A program made the translations under genes and the position numbers. 64,000 nucleotides of DNA from an uncultured Pseudomonadota bacterium (GTDB lineage Bacteria; Pseudomonadota; Alphaproteobacteria; Rhizobiales; Xanthobacteraceae), in contig CAVYSR010000024.1 of the NCBI GenBank assembly GCA_963771225.1, positions 101,181 to 165,180 of the forward strand, in the 5' to 3' direction. The notes under the pieces are model-generated. The model saw only the letters and a program-made list of their open reading frames with translations, was not told the DNA's origin and did no database searches. Shown in pieces: positions 40,863-52,239 of this stretch (its first letter is position 1; every line of letters starts with the position of its first letter).

Positions 40863-40991
40863 AACTCGCAAGATAGGGAACCGGGGGTGAGCGCCCCGTG
40901 GCTTCCGCTTCGAGCGCCTCCGGTCAAGCGTGTCAAGCCTTGTTGCGCTCAAGCCTTGCGCGCGCGCGGCGATTGCGGCAGCGTCGATGCG

Positions 40992-41810
40992 ATGAGCGCT
41001 CCTCGCCGGTCTTGGCATATCTTGTTGCTGCTCGCGGTCGTTTTGGCCGCCCTCGCGTTCGACGCCGTGGTCTCACCGCCGTCGGCACGGGCTGAAAATG
41101 CCGCCATCGCATCGCGCCAGCGCACTGAGCGGAAGACCTTCACCGACGGCGAGATAACAGACGGATTCTTCAAGACCGCGTTCGGCGCCGAGTATCATCT
41201 CGCCGGCCGGGTCGATCGCATCCGAAAATACGATGTGCCGGTGCGGGTATTCGCCACCGGCGGCAATCGTCCGGATCGAAAGGCGCAACTCGCCAGGGTC
41301 GTCGCCGATATCGGCGCGCGGATTGCGCATCTCGACATCGCGATGGCGGACAGCCGCGACGCCGCCAATGTCATCGTCAATCTGGTGCGCGACCGCGATC
41401 TGTCGCGCAGCATCGCGACGTTCTACGGCAACGAGCGCGCGCGCGAGATCCGCTCCTCGCTCGATCCGCAATGCCTGTCCGGCTTTCGCAAGAATGACCG
41501 GTTTGAGATCGAGCATTCCGACGTGCTGCTCACCTTCGACAGCAGCGATTTTACCTTCCTCGATTGCGCCTATGAGGAATTGCTGCAGTCGCTGGGGCCG
41601 ATCAACGATACCAGTTCGGTGCCGTGGACCATGTTCAACGACAATGTGTCGATGGGATTTTTCGACGTCTACGATCAGTACATCATGAATGTGCTGTACG
41701 ATCCCCGGATCAAGGCCGGGATGACCGTGGAAGAGGTCAAGGCGGTGCTGCCGGACGTGCTCGCCGATGTGCGGGTCTGGGTCCGGAAGATCAATAACCT
41801 GCCGGAATAG
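40992..41810 (+). CDS. DUF2927 family exported protein
   Basis: Signal or anchor; GFFKTAFGAE, RIRKY, CAYEELLQSLGPIND, YDPRIKAGM. Confidence 0.8.
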   Translation: MSAPRRSWHILLLLAVVLAALAFDAVVSPPSARAENAAIASRQRTERKTFTDGEITDGFFKTAFGAEYHLAGRVDRIRKYDVPVRVFATGGNRPDRKAQLARVVADIGARIAHLDIAMADSRDAANVIVNLVRDRDLSRSIATFYGNERAREIRSSLDPQCLSGFRKNDRFEIEHSDVLLTFDSSDFTFLDCAYEELLQSLGPINDTSSVPWTMFNDNVSMGFFDVYDQYIMNVLYDPRIKAGMTVEEVKAVLPDVLADVRVWVRKINNLPE

Positions 41811-41828
41811 GCAACGGGCGCACTTCAC

Positions 41829-41849
41829 CTCTCCCCTTGCGGGAGAGGA
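41829..41849. repeat. RIME-like palindromic motif (also near 24237-24258)
   Basis: CCTCTCCCCTTG(C/T)GGGAGAGG. Confidence 0.6.
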
Positions 41850-41940
41850 GGCTCGCTGCCGTTGCATCCGCGATCAATCTAATCTTGTCATGCTCTTAGC
41901 TGTTCGAACCGCTGACGCTGAGTCAGAGCATGGGCGCACG

Positions 41941-43179
41941 TCAGGACGCCAGCAGCTTCTCGATTGACTCCGGCAAGAAAGCCTCGGCCGGCAGGCGTTC
42001 CGGACCGATCAGGCTCGCCGGTAGCGGCCCAAGCTGGCCCGCCGCCACGCGCTTTCCAACTCGTGCGCGCCGCTCGCGTGCCTCCTGACCGAACTCGACA
42101 CGGAGCGTGGTCGCGACCTGAGCGGTGATGCGAAGCCGCCGCATTCGCTCGGCGCGCTCCTCCACATAAGGCCTGAAATCGGGCTCCCGCCCCGCTGCCT
42201 TGGCCTCGCCCAGAATCTCGTTGACCAGGCGCACATCGCGCAGCGCGATCGAGAGCCCCTGGCCGAGAATCGGATCATTGTGGCCGGCAGCATCTCCAAT
42301 CAATACAATGCCTGAGCACGTCGGATCGTCGATCCAGTGATCCTCGTTGGAGAAAGAGTTGAAGGGGCCAATCGGAATTGATGCGGCGATCGCCCCGGCA
42401 TAGGGCAGACAAGTGAGCTTTCCGAACGCATTAATCAACTTCGCGCGGCGATCCGGACCATCGAAGTGCGACTTGTCTGCGAAGTGATAGCAGCCATAGA
42501 GGCGAAGGAGATCGTCACCCTGCGGAAACACCAGGAAGTGGAAGCGGTCCTCGACGCCGATCACTTGCATGTCGCGCGGCCAGGACGGTACGCCTTTGAC
42601 CAGCATGCCGCCTAGCAGATTGTGCGGCTCGTCCGCGTTCACCTTGAAGCCGAGATTCTTGCGCGTAGGTGAGTTGCGTCCATCGGCGCCGATCACAAAG
42701 CGTGGCCGGAATTCAAGGCTGATGCCGTTGTGCAAGCAACTGACGATCGGCCGCGATCCCGATGTTACCGATATGTCGCCAGCGCCGCGCAAGACGCTGG
42801 CGCCCGAAGTCGTAGCAAGTTGCGCGAAAATATCGCAGGTCGCGGGATGGCCCAGGCAGAGGCCACCGAGTCCTTCTGCGTGCATTTTCGTCAGATCGAG
42901 CGCGCGCGCCTCCGCCTCGGCCGGCGCGAATATCTCGTCATAAGGGATATTGCGCTTGGTAAACAGCGCGCCTGCCTCGCGCAGTGGCTGCAAGAGTTCG
43001 AGCTTCGTGAGTTCGGTCACGCCCCATGGCACAATGAACTCGCCACGCACTCGATCGGGATAGCTGTTCTCGCGCTCGAGTAGCACCACCTCGAAGCCGG
43101 TGCGCGCCAGCACAGTGCCCAGCGCACCGCCAGCAATTCCTGCGCCTACGACGACAACGTCGGGTTCTGAGGAACGCAT
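41941..43179 (-). CDS. FAD-dependent monooxygenase/oxidoreductase
   Basis: VVVGAGIAG, IGADG, LIGDAAGHNDPILGQG. Confidence 0.9.
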   Translation of the reverse strand: MRSSEPDVVVVGAGIAGGALGTVLARTGFEVVLLERENSYPDRVRGEFIVPWGVTELTKLELLQPLREAGALFTKRNIPYDEIFAPAEAEARALDLTKMHAEGLGGLCLGHPATCDIFAQLATTSGASVLRGAGDISVTSGSRPIVSCLHNGISLEFRPRFVIGADGRNSPTRKNLGFKVNADEPHNLLGGMLVKGVPSWPRDMQVIGVEDRFHFLVFPQGDDLLRLYGCYHFADKSHFDGPDRRAKLINAFGKLTCLPYAGAIAASIPIGPFNSFSNEDHWIDDPTCSGIVLIGDAAGHNDPILGQGLSIALRDVRLVNEILGEAKAAGREPDFRPYVEERAERMRRLRITAQVATTLRVEFGQEARERRARVGKRVAAGQLGPLPASLIGPERLPAEAFLPESIEKLLAS

Positions 43180-43369
43180 GCGAGTCCTCTGTCATGCTGA
43201 GGAACTATCGCTGATCGCCTGCACGCGATCAAGCCCATCAGGCGAGATGTACTTCCGACGGTGGCACTTTTCGAAGGTGCGGTGATGAAGGTGCGCTGAT
43301 GTCCGACTTGGGTCCGAAATGCGCACCGAAGCGGATGTCCCGACCACTCCGAATCTATGGGTTCACGTC

Positions 43370-44497
43370 CTAATTTTTCGAGCTGCAAATCGCCTTCAGC
43401 GAGGTCCATTCCTCCGCGCTCAACAGCGGCGGGCCGCTCGGCGGACGATCCTCGTCGCTCATGCGCTTGAGGCGATCCTCGGTCAGCGGGTGGCTCGACA
43501 GAATGGAGAGGCTCTTGTCCACTTCCTTTCCGGTCACGCGAAACAGCAACTGACCCATCGGCTTCGGCGACCGGCCGAGCTTGTGCATCACGTCGATCGC
43601 AAACGTATCGGCATTGTATTCCGCCTCGCGCGAATAGGACGACGTCACCAGCGAGCGCGAGGCAAAGATCAGAGCACCCGAGCCCGTGACGTCGCCAAAC
43701 AACAATCCGATCAGAAACGACGTACCGCCATTATAGATCAGGTTGCGCGTCGCATCGCGATGCCTGAGGTGACCGAATTCGTGCGCCAGCACACCGGCGA
43801 TCTCGTCCGGGTTTTCCGCCTTTGCCAGCAGACCGTTGAGCAAATAAATCCTGGCGCCGGGCAGCGCGAAAGCATTGGGAATCGGCGTCGCTACCACCGC
43901 GGTCTTGATCGAACTATCCACTATTCCGGCGGCCTCGCGAATGGCATTGACGAGCTTGTTGAAGGCGGCCTGTCCCGCTTTATTGGTACAGGACTTGCCG
44001 CCGAACAGCACCTTGACCTGTCCCTCCGCGGCATCGCCGAGACGACGCTCAAGCGACGGCGGCACCAACGGCGCGAGGCGATCGGCAGCCAGCGGCACGC
44101 CGAACACAACGACCGCGACGATTGATACCGCCGCTGCCAGCGACCAGCCTATGATGGCCCCAACGCCGTGCCGGCCGGGAATATTCTCGTCCAGCCGGGT
44201 GCAGCGCGCCGTGAGTTCGGCAGCCTGCGCGGCATCGCGAATCTCGAGCCGCGCCAGCGCGGGCGCCGAAACACAGCTCACGCGCAAAATTCCGATCGGA
44301 CCATCGGCGTGGCGGATGTCATCATAGGACCACCGCGTTGTGGTTTCCGGCGGCTCCTGAAGTTCGAGCTGGTCCTTGAATGCGAGCGTCACCAGGCGAC
44401 GGCGACTCGTGGCACCGTCGAAATAAACTGCCGGTCCGCTCGGCCCCGACGGCGCCGGTGTATTTTCCGGCCCCTTTTCGCCTGGCGCGCTGCTCAT
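43370..44497 (-). CDS. M48 family metallopeptidase
   Basis: NAFALPG, VLAHEFGH, YSREAE, SSHP. Confidence 0.92.
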   Translation of the reverse strand: MSSAPGEKGPENTPAPSGPSGPAVYFDGATSRRRLVTLAFKDQLELQEPPETTTRWSYDDIRHADGPIGILRVSCVSAPALARLEIRDAAQAAELTARCTRLDENIPGRHGVGAIIGWSLAAAVSIVAVVVFGVPLAADRLAPLVPPSLERRLGDAAEGQVKVLFGGKSCTNKAGQAAFNKLVNAIREAAGIVDSSIKTAVVATPIPNAFALPGARIYLLNGLLAKAENPDEIAGVLAHEFGHLRHRDATRNLIYNGGTSFLIGLLFGDVTGSGALIFASRSLVTSSYSREAEYNADTFAIDVMHKLGRSPKPMGQLLFRVTGKEVDKSLSILSSHPLTEDRLKRMSDEDRPPSGPPLLSAEEWTSLKAICSSKN

Positions 44498-44500
44498 AAG

Positions 44501-45640
44501 CTAGAACCCGGCGACGTCGAGACCGTCGGCGAAGCCTTCGCCGAGCGCATTGGCGAGTTCACCCCTGGCCGACACGTTGGCCGCGGCTTCAATGCCGTGC
44601 ACGGTGGTCGAGGCGATCACGCGGGCCCAGAGGTCACGCAACAGGTAGACCCGCATCACGACGTTCAGTCCGAGAATGGTGGCCAGATAGCCGATGCCGG
44701 CCAGCACCACCAGCGGAGTGCTTTCGAGCGCGGCCGGGGACTTGATGAACTCGGCAAACGCCTCGCCGTGCATGCTGGCGACCAGCGCCGCACATCCCAC
44801 GAGATAGACGCCGATCGCCACGGCGAACAGCAGGAACCAGCCGATGACTTTCCAGTACAGGCCGATCAGCGCACCGCGACCCATGGTGGATTCCAGGCGC
44901 ACGCCGCCGATCCGGATGCCCGACAGCCACCAGCGCCATTCGACCGCCTTGTACGCGGCATAGACGAAGGGCGCCGCCGGAAACAGATAGAAGGCGAACG
45001 GCGCCAGCAGCCATAGCCACCAGCCGCGCTTGAAGAAATCAGAGCCACGGCCCTCAAAGCTGCCCTGGAGGTCGCCGTAATAGGAATGGCTCATCTTGTA
45101 GCGTTCAAGTGCTGCTTCGCGCCAGGGCAGCAACAGACCGAGCGTCAGCGCGGTGCCGATGCCCCACAGCAGTGCCTGCCCGGCGTAAGCCCAGCCCGAA
45201 CCGTCCATCCAGAACCGCACCCCGCGCCATACGGTGCGGGTCAACCGGTAGCGGCGCGCGCGGTAGATCGCAAACTGTCCGAACAGATAAAAAAACAGGA
45301 ACAAAGGAATACTGGCGAACGCCTTGAAGCGCTCGACCTCCAGGCCGACCAGAAAATAGGCGAGATAGATCGGCACCAGGATCGCCAGCGCGAACAGGAA
45401 CCCGATCAGCAATTCCCGGGCCCGGCCGGTATATTCGGCCGCATCACCATCGATAATGGTGTTCGACCACAAGTGACGCCGGATGTCCGTCGCCAGCCAG
45501 AACCGGTAAAAGCCCACGGTAATGAGTTCGAGTCCGGCGCCGCGCGTGACCAGCCGGCGGAATTCACCGCGGTCGCCGGTGAACGCCACCGGCAACGGTG
45601 GCGGCAGTGCGGGCCGCGGCACAAGGGTCATCTGGTCCAT
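44501..45640 (-). CDS. DUF898 (YjgN-like) membrane protein
   Basis: ITVGFYRFW, YRLTRTVWRGVRF; usual partner of M48 peptidase genes. Confidence 0.88.
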   Translation of the reverse strand: MDQMTLVPRPALPPPLPVAFTGDRGEFRRLVTRGAGLELITVGFYRFWLATDIRRHLWSNTIIDGDAAEYTGRARELLIGFLFALAILVPIYLAYFLVGLEVERFKAFASIPLFLFFYLFGQFAIYRARRYRLTRTVWRGVRFWMDGSGWAYAGQALLWGIGTALTLGLLLPWREAALERYKMSHSYYGDLQGSFEGRGSDFFKRGWWLWLLAPFAFYLFPAAPFVYAAYKAVEWRWWLSGIRIGGVRLESTMGRGALIGLYWKVIGWFLLFAVAIGVYLVGCAALVASMHGEAFAEFIKSPAALESTPLVVLAGIGYLATILGLNVVMRVYLLRDLWARVIASTTVHGIEAAANVSARGELANALGEGFADGLDVAGF

Positions 45641-45713
45641 GAATTCGAATTCCTCGAAAAAAAATCGGCCGAAAACCTAAAGCACAACATTGTGACGCGA
45701 AGCGTGACCTAGT

Positions 45714-46887
45714 TCACGCCGACTTCTCGAACAGCTCCCTTCCGATCAGCATGCGGCGGATTTCGCTGGTGCCGGCGCCGATCTCGTAAAGCTTGGCGTC
45801 ACGCAGCAGCCGGCCGGTCGGATAGTCGTTGATGTAGCCGTTGCCGCCGAGCAACTGAATTGCGTCGAGCGCGCATTGCGTCGCCTTCTCGGAGGCATAG
45901 AGAATGGCGCCGGCGGCATCCTCGCGCGTGGTCTCGCCGCGATCGCAGGCCTTGGCCACCGCATAAACATAGGCGCGGGAGGCATTCATCGTGGTGTACA
46001 TGTCGGCAATCTTGCCCTGCACCAGCTGGAAGGTGCCGATCGGCTGGCCGAATTGCTTGCGCTCGTGCACATAGGGCATCACCACGTCGAGGCAGGCCTG
46101 CATGATCCCGAGCGGTCCCGCCGACAATACCGTGCGCTCGTAATCGAGCCCCGACATCAATACATTGACGCCGCGGCCGACCTCGCCGAGCACGTTCTCT
46201 TCCGGCACTTCACAATCCTCGAACACCAGTTCGCCGGTGTCGGAGCCGCGCATCCCGAGCTTGTCGAGCTTCTGCGCGGTGGAAAATCCCTTCATGCCCT
46301 TTTCGATGATGAAGGCGGTGATGCCGCGCGGGCCGGCAGACGGATCGGTCTTGGCGTAAACCACCAGCGTTTCGGCGATCGGCCCGTTGGTGATCCACAT
46401 CTTGCTGCCGTTGATGAGGTAGCGATCGCCCTTCTTCTCGGCGCGGGTCGACATCGAGACCACGTCGGAGCCGGCGCCCGGCTCGGACATCGCCAGTGAG
46501 CCGACATGTTCTCCGGAAATCAGCTTGGGCAGATATTTCCGCTTCTGCGCCTCGTTGCCATTGCGCCGCAGCTGATTGACGCAAAGATTGGAGTGCGCGC
46601 CGTAGGACAGGCCGACCGACGCCGACGCGCGCGAAATTTCCTCGATCGCGATGCAGTGCTCGAGATAGCCCAGTCCCGAGCCGCCATATTCCTCCTCGAC
46701 GGTGATGCCGTGCAGGCCGAGCGCGCCGATCTTCGGCCACAGATCGCGCGGGAATTGGTTGCTCTTGTCGATCTCGGCGGCGCGCGGCGCGATCTCGTTG
46801 GCGGAGAAATTGATGGACGGTTTCGCGAATCGCATCCGCGGTTTCGCCGAGATCGAAATTGAACATCCGATGCGTGTTGGAAATCAT
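45714..46887 (-). CDS. ivd: Isovaleryl-CoA dehydrogenase, frameshift near 46808
   Basis: [41 protein letters not shown]. Confidence 0.92.
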
Positions 46888-47118
46888 GGTCGGGCGGCCT
46901 CCGGGCAATCCTGCGGCTTGTTGCGCGCACAGCCTTATGCGTTGGAAATAAGCTTGTCACGGGCCAACGATGCTGAGAAGGGGGTTCCACGGAAACGGCC
47001 GCTTCCCGCACGGCGGAATGCCGCAAACTTCCCTTGCCCTGCCGCGCACAACGGGATGTAATTCGCTGATATCAGCGCCCTCCGGAGCAACCACCGAGGG
47101 CCATCAGGGAGCAAACCG

Positions 47119-48390
47119 ATGCACGGGACCATCGATCTCGTTCAGAATCCCCTTCAGGAGGCGGCGCGGGAGCGAGCTTATTCCATCCCGCTCGAGCAGT
47201 TCGATCCCGGCGACCCCGAATTGTTTCACACCGATACGTTCTGGCCCTATTTCGACCGGCTTCGCCAGGAGGCGCCGGTGCACTACTGCAAGGACGGTGT
47301 GTTCGGGCCCTACTGGTCGATCACCAAATACAACGACATCATGGAGATCGAGACCAACCACGCGGTGTTCTCGTCGGCGGCGTCGCTGGGCGGCATCACC
47401 ATCCGCGACGCACCGACCGACCTGCGCCGCGAAAGCTTCATCGCCATGGATCAGCCGCGTCACGGCGCGCAGCGCAAGACCGTCGCACCGATGTTCACCC
47501 CGACGCATCTCGACCAGCTCGCGATCAACATCCGCAAGCGCTCGGCCGAATGCCTCGACAATCTGCCGAAAGGCGACGTGTTCGACTGGGTCGACCGGGT
47601 CTCGATCGAACTGACCACGCAGATGCTCGCCGTCCTGTTCGACTTCCCATGGGAGGACCGCCGCAAGCTGACGCGCTGGTCCGATGTCGCAACGACGCTT
47701 CCCGGTCCGGGCGGCGTCGTCGCAACGGAAGACGAGCGGCAGGCGGAATTGCTGGAATGCGCGACCTATTTCGCCAAGCTCTGGAACGAGCGCATCGACC
47801 AGCCGCCGAAGAGCGACCTGTTGTCGATGATGGCGCATAGCGAGGCCACCCGCGACATGGACCCGAACAATTTCCTCGGCAATTTGATTTTGCTGATCGT
47901 CGGCGGCAACGACACCACCCGCAACACGCTGTCGGGCAGCATCTATGCCTTAGCCAAGAATCCGGATCAGTACCGCAAGCTGCGCGACAATCCGGCGCTG
48001 ATCGACAGTTTCGTGCCGGAGGTGATCCGCTGGCAGACGCCGCTGGCGCATATGCGCCGCACCGCGCTCGAGGACATCGAGTTTCGCGGCAAACAGTTCA
48101 AGAAGGGCGACAAGGTCGTGATGTGGTACGTCTCGGGCAACCGCGACGAAGAGGTCATCGATCGTCCCTATGAATTCATCATCGACCGGGCGCGGCCGCG
48201 CACCCACGTCTCGTTCGGCTTCGGTATTCATCGCTGCGTCGGAATCCGATTGGCCGAGCTGCAATTGAAGATCATCTGGGAGGAAATCATGAAGCGTTTC
48301 GACCATATTGAGGTGGTCGAGGAGCCGAAGCGGGTGTATTCAAGTTTCGTCAAGGGCTATGAGACTCTGCCGGTGCGTATCGCCGGCTGA
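47119..48390 (+). CDS. Cytochrome P450 (CYP153-like)
   Basis: LLIVGGNDTTRN, EVIRWQTP, FGFGIHRCVG. Confidence 0.93.
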   Translation: MHGTIDLVQNPLQEAARERAYSIPLEQFDPGDPELFHTDTFWPYFDRLRQEAPVHYCKDGVFGPYWSITKYNDIMEIETNHAVFSSAASLGGITIRDAPTDLRRESFIAMDQPRHGAQRKTVAPMFTPTHLDQLAINIRKRSAECLDNLPKGDVFDWVDRVSIELTTQMLAVLFDFPWEDRRKLTRWSDVATTLPGPGGVVATEDERQAELLECATYFAKLWNERIDQPPKSDLLSMMAHSEATRDMDPNNFLGNLILLIVGGNDTTRNTLSGSIYALAKNPDQYRKLRDNPALIDSFVPEVIRWQTPLAHMRRTALEDIEFRGKQFKKGDKVVMWYVSGNRDEEVIDRPYEFIIDRARPRTHVSFGFGIHRCVGIRLAELQLKIIWEEIMKRFDHIEVVEEPKRVYSSFVKGYETLPVRIAG

Positions 48391-48444
48391 CAGCATCGCC
48401 GGCTGACATGCGGCCGACGCCTCTATTTTATTTGGGACCGAACG

Positions 48445-49719
48445 ATGAACATCCAGACCGCAGTCAAGGCCGACCATGCCGAGATCCAGCGCGCCGCGCG
48501 CGAAGAGGCCTATTCCACGCCGCTGAAGGATTTTCATCCCGGCGCGCCCAGGCATTTCCAGAACAATACGCTGTGGCCCTGGTTCGAGCGGTTGCGCAAG
48601 GAAGAGCCGGTGCATTATTGCACCAACTCGCCGATCGAGCCCTATTGGTCGGTCACCAAATACAACGACATCATGCATGTCGATACCAACCACGGCGTGT
48701 TCTCCTCGGATGCCACCCTTGGCGGCATCTCGATCCGCGATGCGCCGCAGGGCTACGACATGCCGAGCTTCATTGCGATGGATCAGCCCCGGCACAGCGC
48801 CCAGCGCAAGACCGTGTCGCCGATGTTCACACCGACGCATCTCGACGAACTCGCCATCCTGATCCGCGAACGCGCCGGCAAGGTGCTCGACGCGCTGCCG
48901 CGCAACGAGACCTTCAATTTCGTCGATCGGGTGTCGATCGAGTTGACCACGCAGATGCTGGCGACGCTGTTCGACTTTCCCTGGGAAGAACGCCGCAAGC
49001 TGACGCGCTGGTCCGACGTCGCGACCGCATTGCCCAAGAGCATGATCGTTAAATCGGCGGAACAGCGCCGCGCCGAGATGGACGAGTGCGCGGCCTATTT
49101 CGGCAAGCTCTGGAACGAGCGCGTCAATGTCGAACCGCGCAACGACCTGATCTCGATGATGGCGCATAGCGACGCCACCCGGCACATGGATTCGGAAAAC
49201 CTGTTCGGCAACATCATCCTTTTGATCGTCGGCGGCAACGACACCACCCGCAACACCATGAGCGGATCGGTGCTCGCCTTGAACGAAAACCCCGACCAGT
49301 ATCAAAAGCTGCGCGACAATCCGGCGCTGATCAATTCCATGGTGCCGGAAGTCATTCGCTGGCAGACGCCGCTGGCGCATATGCGGCGCACCGCGCTGGT
49401 CGATACCGAGCTCGGCGGCAAGACCATCCGAAAAGGCGATCGGGTGGTGATGTGGTACGTCTCGGGCAATCGCGACGAGGAAGCCATCGAAAATCCCAAC
49501 GACTTCATCATCGACCGCGCCCGGCCCCGCACCCATCTGTCGTTCGGCTTCGGCATCCACCGCTGCCTCGGCATGCGCCTTGCCGAGCTGCAACTGAAGA
49601 TCGTCTGGCAGGAAATGCTGAAACGCTTCGACAACATTGAAGTTGTCGGCGAGCCCAAGCGCGTGTATTCGAGCTTTATCAAAGGCTACGAAACCCTGCC
49701 GGTGCGCATTCCAGCGTAA
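48445..49719 (+). CDS. Cytochrome P450 (CYP153-like), tandem paralog
   Basis: LLIVGGNDTTRN, FGFGIHRCLG. Confidence 0.93.
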   Translation: MNIQTAVKADHAEIQRAAREEAYSTPLKDFHPGAPRHFQNNTLWPWFERLRKEEPVHYCTNSPIEPYWSVTKYNDIMHVDTNHGVFSSDATLGGISIRDAPQGYDMPSFIAMDQPRHSAQRKTVSPMFTPTHLDELAILIRERAGKVLDALPRNETFNFVDRVSIELTTQMLATLFDFPWEERRKLTRWSDVATALPKSMIVKSAEQRRAEMDECAAYFGKLWNERVNVEPRNDLISMMAHSDATRHMDSENLFGNIILLIVGGNDTTRNTMSGSVLALNENPDQYQKLRDNPALINSMVPEVIRWQTPLAHMRRTALVDTELGGKTIRKGDRVVMWYVSGNRDEEAIENPNDFIIDRARPRTHLSFGFGIHRCLGMRLAELQLKIVWQEMLKRFDNIEVVGEPKRVYSSFIKGYETLPVRIPA

Positions 49720-49907
49720 TTTGAAGCGTAAACAGAGAAGCGTAAACAGAATAGTGTCTTGAACGCCACCCTCAACCCGCCGATCCCAGCCCGAGCCACG
49801 GCAAAGGATTTCACGCGCCCCGCGGGCTTCCGCATCGCCGCCATCCGACCGCGGCGCGGGAGGATTTCATTGCCGATCCGCGCCCTCGATCTGCCAGCCG
49901 AGACCCA

Positions 49908-51074
49908 ATGACCGCAACAGAACACGACGACCATGCCGACATCCGCGAAGCCGTTGCCAAATTATGCGGGCAATTCCCCGGCGAGTACTGGCGCAAGCTT
50001 GATCGCGAGATGGCCTACCCGCAAGCGTTCGTCGATGCGCTGACCACGGCCGGATATCTCTCGGTCCTGATCCCCGAGGAATATGGTGGCGCCGGGCTGA
50101 AATTGTCCGCGGCAGCCGCAATCCTCGAAGAGATCCAGCGCGCCGGATGCAATGGCGGCGGTTGCCACGCCCAGATGTACACCATGGGCACGCTGTTGCG
50201 GCACGGCAGCGACGCGCAGAAATCGAAATGGCTGCCGAAAATCGCCAGCGGTGACTTGCGGCTGCAGGCGTTCGGGGTAACCGAGCCGACCAGCGGCACC
50301 GACACCTCGTCGCTGAAGACCTTTGCCAGGCGCGATGGCAATAACGGCTACATCGTCAATGGCCAGAAAATCTGGACCAGCCGCGCCGAATATTCCGACC
50401 TGATGATCCTTTTGGCGCGCACCACGCCGAAGGAACAATCCAACAAGCGCACCGACGGCCTGTCGGTGTTCATCGTCGACATGAAGGCGGCCAGGAATAA
50501 CGGGCTCTCGATCAGTCCGATCCGCACCATGATGAATCACTCGACCACGGAGGTTTTCTTTACCGATCTGCGGGTACCGGCCGAAAACCTGATCGGCGAG
50601 GAGGGCAAGGGCTTTCGCTACATCCTCTCCGGCATGAACGCCGAACGCATCCTGATCGCGGCCGAATGCATCGGCGACGCCAAATGGTTTATCGCCAAGG
50701 CCTCCAATTACGCCAAGGAGCGCGCGGTATTCGGCCGTCCGATCGGCCAGAATCAAGGCATCCAGTTCCCGATCGCCAAGGCCTATGCGGCGATGCGCGC
50801 CGCCGAATTGATGGTCAGGGAGGCGACCCGCAAATATGAGGCCGGTCTCGATTGCGGCGCCGAAGCCAACATGGCCAAGATGCTGGGGGCCGATGCATCC
50901 TGGGAAGCCGCCAATGCCTGCATACAGACCCATGGCGGTTTCGGCTTCGCGGAAGAATACGATGTCGAACGCAAATTCCGCGAGACGCGGCTGTATCAGG
51001 TCGCGCCGATCTCGACCAATCTCATCCTGTCGTACCTCGCCGAGCACGTGCTGGGCATGCCCCGCTCCTACTGA
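49908..51074 (+). CDS. Acyl-CoA dehydrogenase
   Basis: FGVTEPTSGTD, NGQKIW, HGGFGF. Confidence 0.93.
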   Translation: MTATEHDDHADIREAVAKLCGQFPGEYWRKLDREMAYPQAFVDALTTAGYLSVLIPEEYGGAGLKLSAAAAILEEIQRAGCNGGGCHAQMYTMGTLLRHGSDAQKSKWLPKIASGDLRLQAFGVTEPTSGTDTSSLKTFARRDGNNGYIVNGQKIWTSRAEYSDLMILLARTTPKEQSNKRTDGLSVFIVDMKAARNNGLSISPIRTMMNHSTTEVFFTDLRVPAENLIGEEGKGFRYILSGMNAERILIAAECIGDAKWFIAKASNYAKERAVFGRPIGQNQGIQFPIAKAYAAMRAAELMVREATRKYEAGLDCGAEANMAKMLGADASWEAANACIQTHGGFGFAEEYDVERKFRETRLYQVAPISTNLILSYLAEHVLGMPRSY

Positions 51075-51083
51075 GAAAACCAG

Positions 51084-52239
51084 ATGCTGCCGCTCGAAGG
51101 ACTGACCGTTATTGCCGTCGAACAGGCGGTCGCCGCACCGTTCTGCAGTTCGCGGCTGGCCGATGCCGGCGCGCATGTCATCAAGGTGGAGCGGCCCGAG
51201 GGCGATTTCGCCCGCGGCTTACGACGCCGCGGCCAAGGGCCAGAGCAGCTATTTCGTCTGGCTCAACCGCGGCAAGGATTCCGTGGTCATCGACCTTGCT
51301 ACCAATGAAGGACGAAAAGAGCTCGAACAATTGATCGCCGGCGCGGACGTGCTGCTGCAGAACCTCAAACCGGGCTCGATGGACAAGCTCGGTTTCCCGC
51401 TGGAGCGGCTGCGAAAGGAATACCCGGCGCTGATCTGCTGCACCATCTCGGGCTACGGCGATGACGGCCCCTATGCCGATCGCAAGGCCTATGATCTCCT
51501 GATTCAGGCCGAGAGCGGGCTGGCCTCGATCACCGGCGGACCGGAAGGGCCGTCGCGGGTCGGCATTTCCGTCGTCGATATCGCCACCGGCGCCACCGCG
51601 CAGTCCGCCATCCTGGAAGCGCTGATCGCGCGGGGACGTACCGGCAAGGGCGCGGACATCCGGATCTCGATGTTCGACGTCATGGCCGACTGGCTGTCGG
51701 TGCCGCTGCTCAACGCCGAAGCCGGCAATCCGCCCAAGCGGATGGCGCTGGCCCATCCCTCGATCGCGCCCTACGGCGTTTTTAACTCGAAGGACGGCAA
51801 GGGAATCCTGATCTCGATCCAGAGCGAGCGCGAATGGAAAAAACTCTGCGCGGACGTGCTGGGACAACCGGCGCTTCCCGACGACCCGCGATTCTCCAAC
51901 ATGGTCGAGCGCGTGCGCAACCGCCAGCTCACCGACCAAATCGTCGGCGACAGCTTTGCGACCATGACCCGGGACAACCTCCTGAAGCGTCTGGCCGATG
52001 CCGATATCGCGTTCGCCGAGGTCAACACCATGGCTGATCTCGCTGACCATCCGCATCTGCGCCGGATCGAGGTCGAGACGCCGAACGGCAAGGTGACCTA
52101 TGCCGCGCCCGCCGCGATCTTCGTGGGCGAGCCGCGGCACTACGGCGCGGTGCCGGCGATCGGCGAGCGCCCGTCCGAGACCGTCAAGCGTTCCCCCAAG
52201 CCCGCGCAGCGTTCCAAAAAGCCAGCGAGCCAGTCATGA
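51084..52239 (+). CDS. CaiB/BaiF family CoA-transferase, frameshift near 51218
   Basis: [19 protein letters not shown]...KVERPEGD joins LNRGK...ISGYG...[11 protein letters not shown]. Confidence 0.9.

Noticed and set aside
40515-40991. Long N-terminal extension of the DUF2927 ORF
   Set aside because: It overlaps precursor 2 and its hairpin in another frame; a signal-like start exists at 40992.
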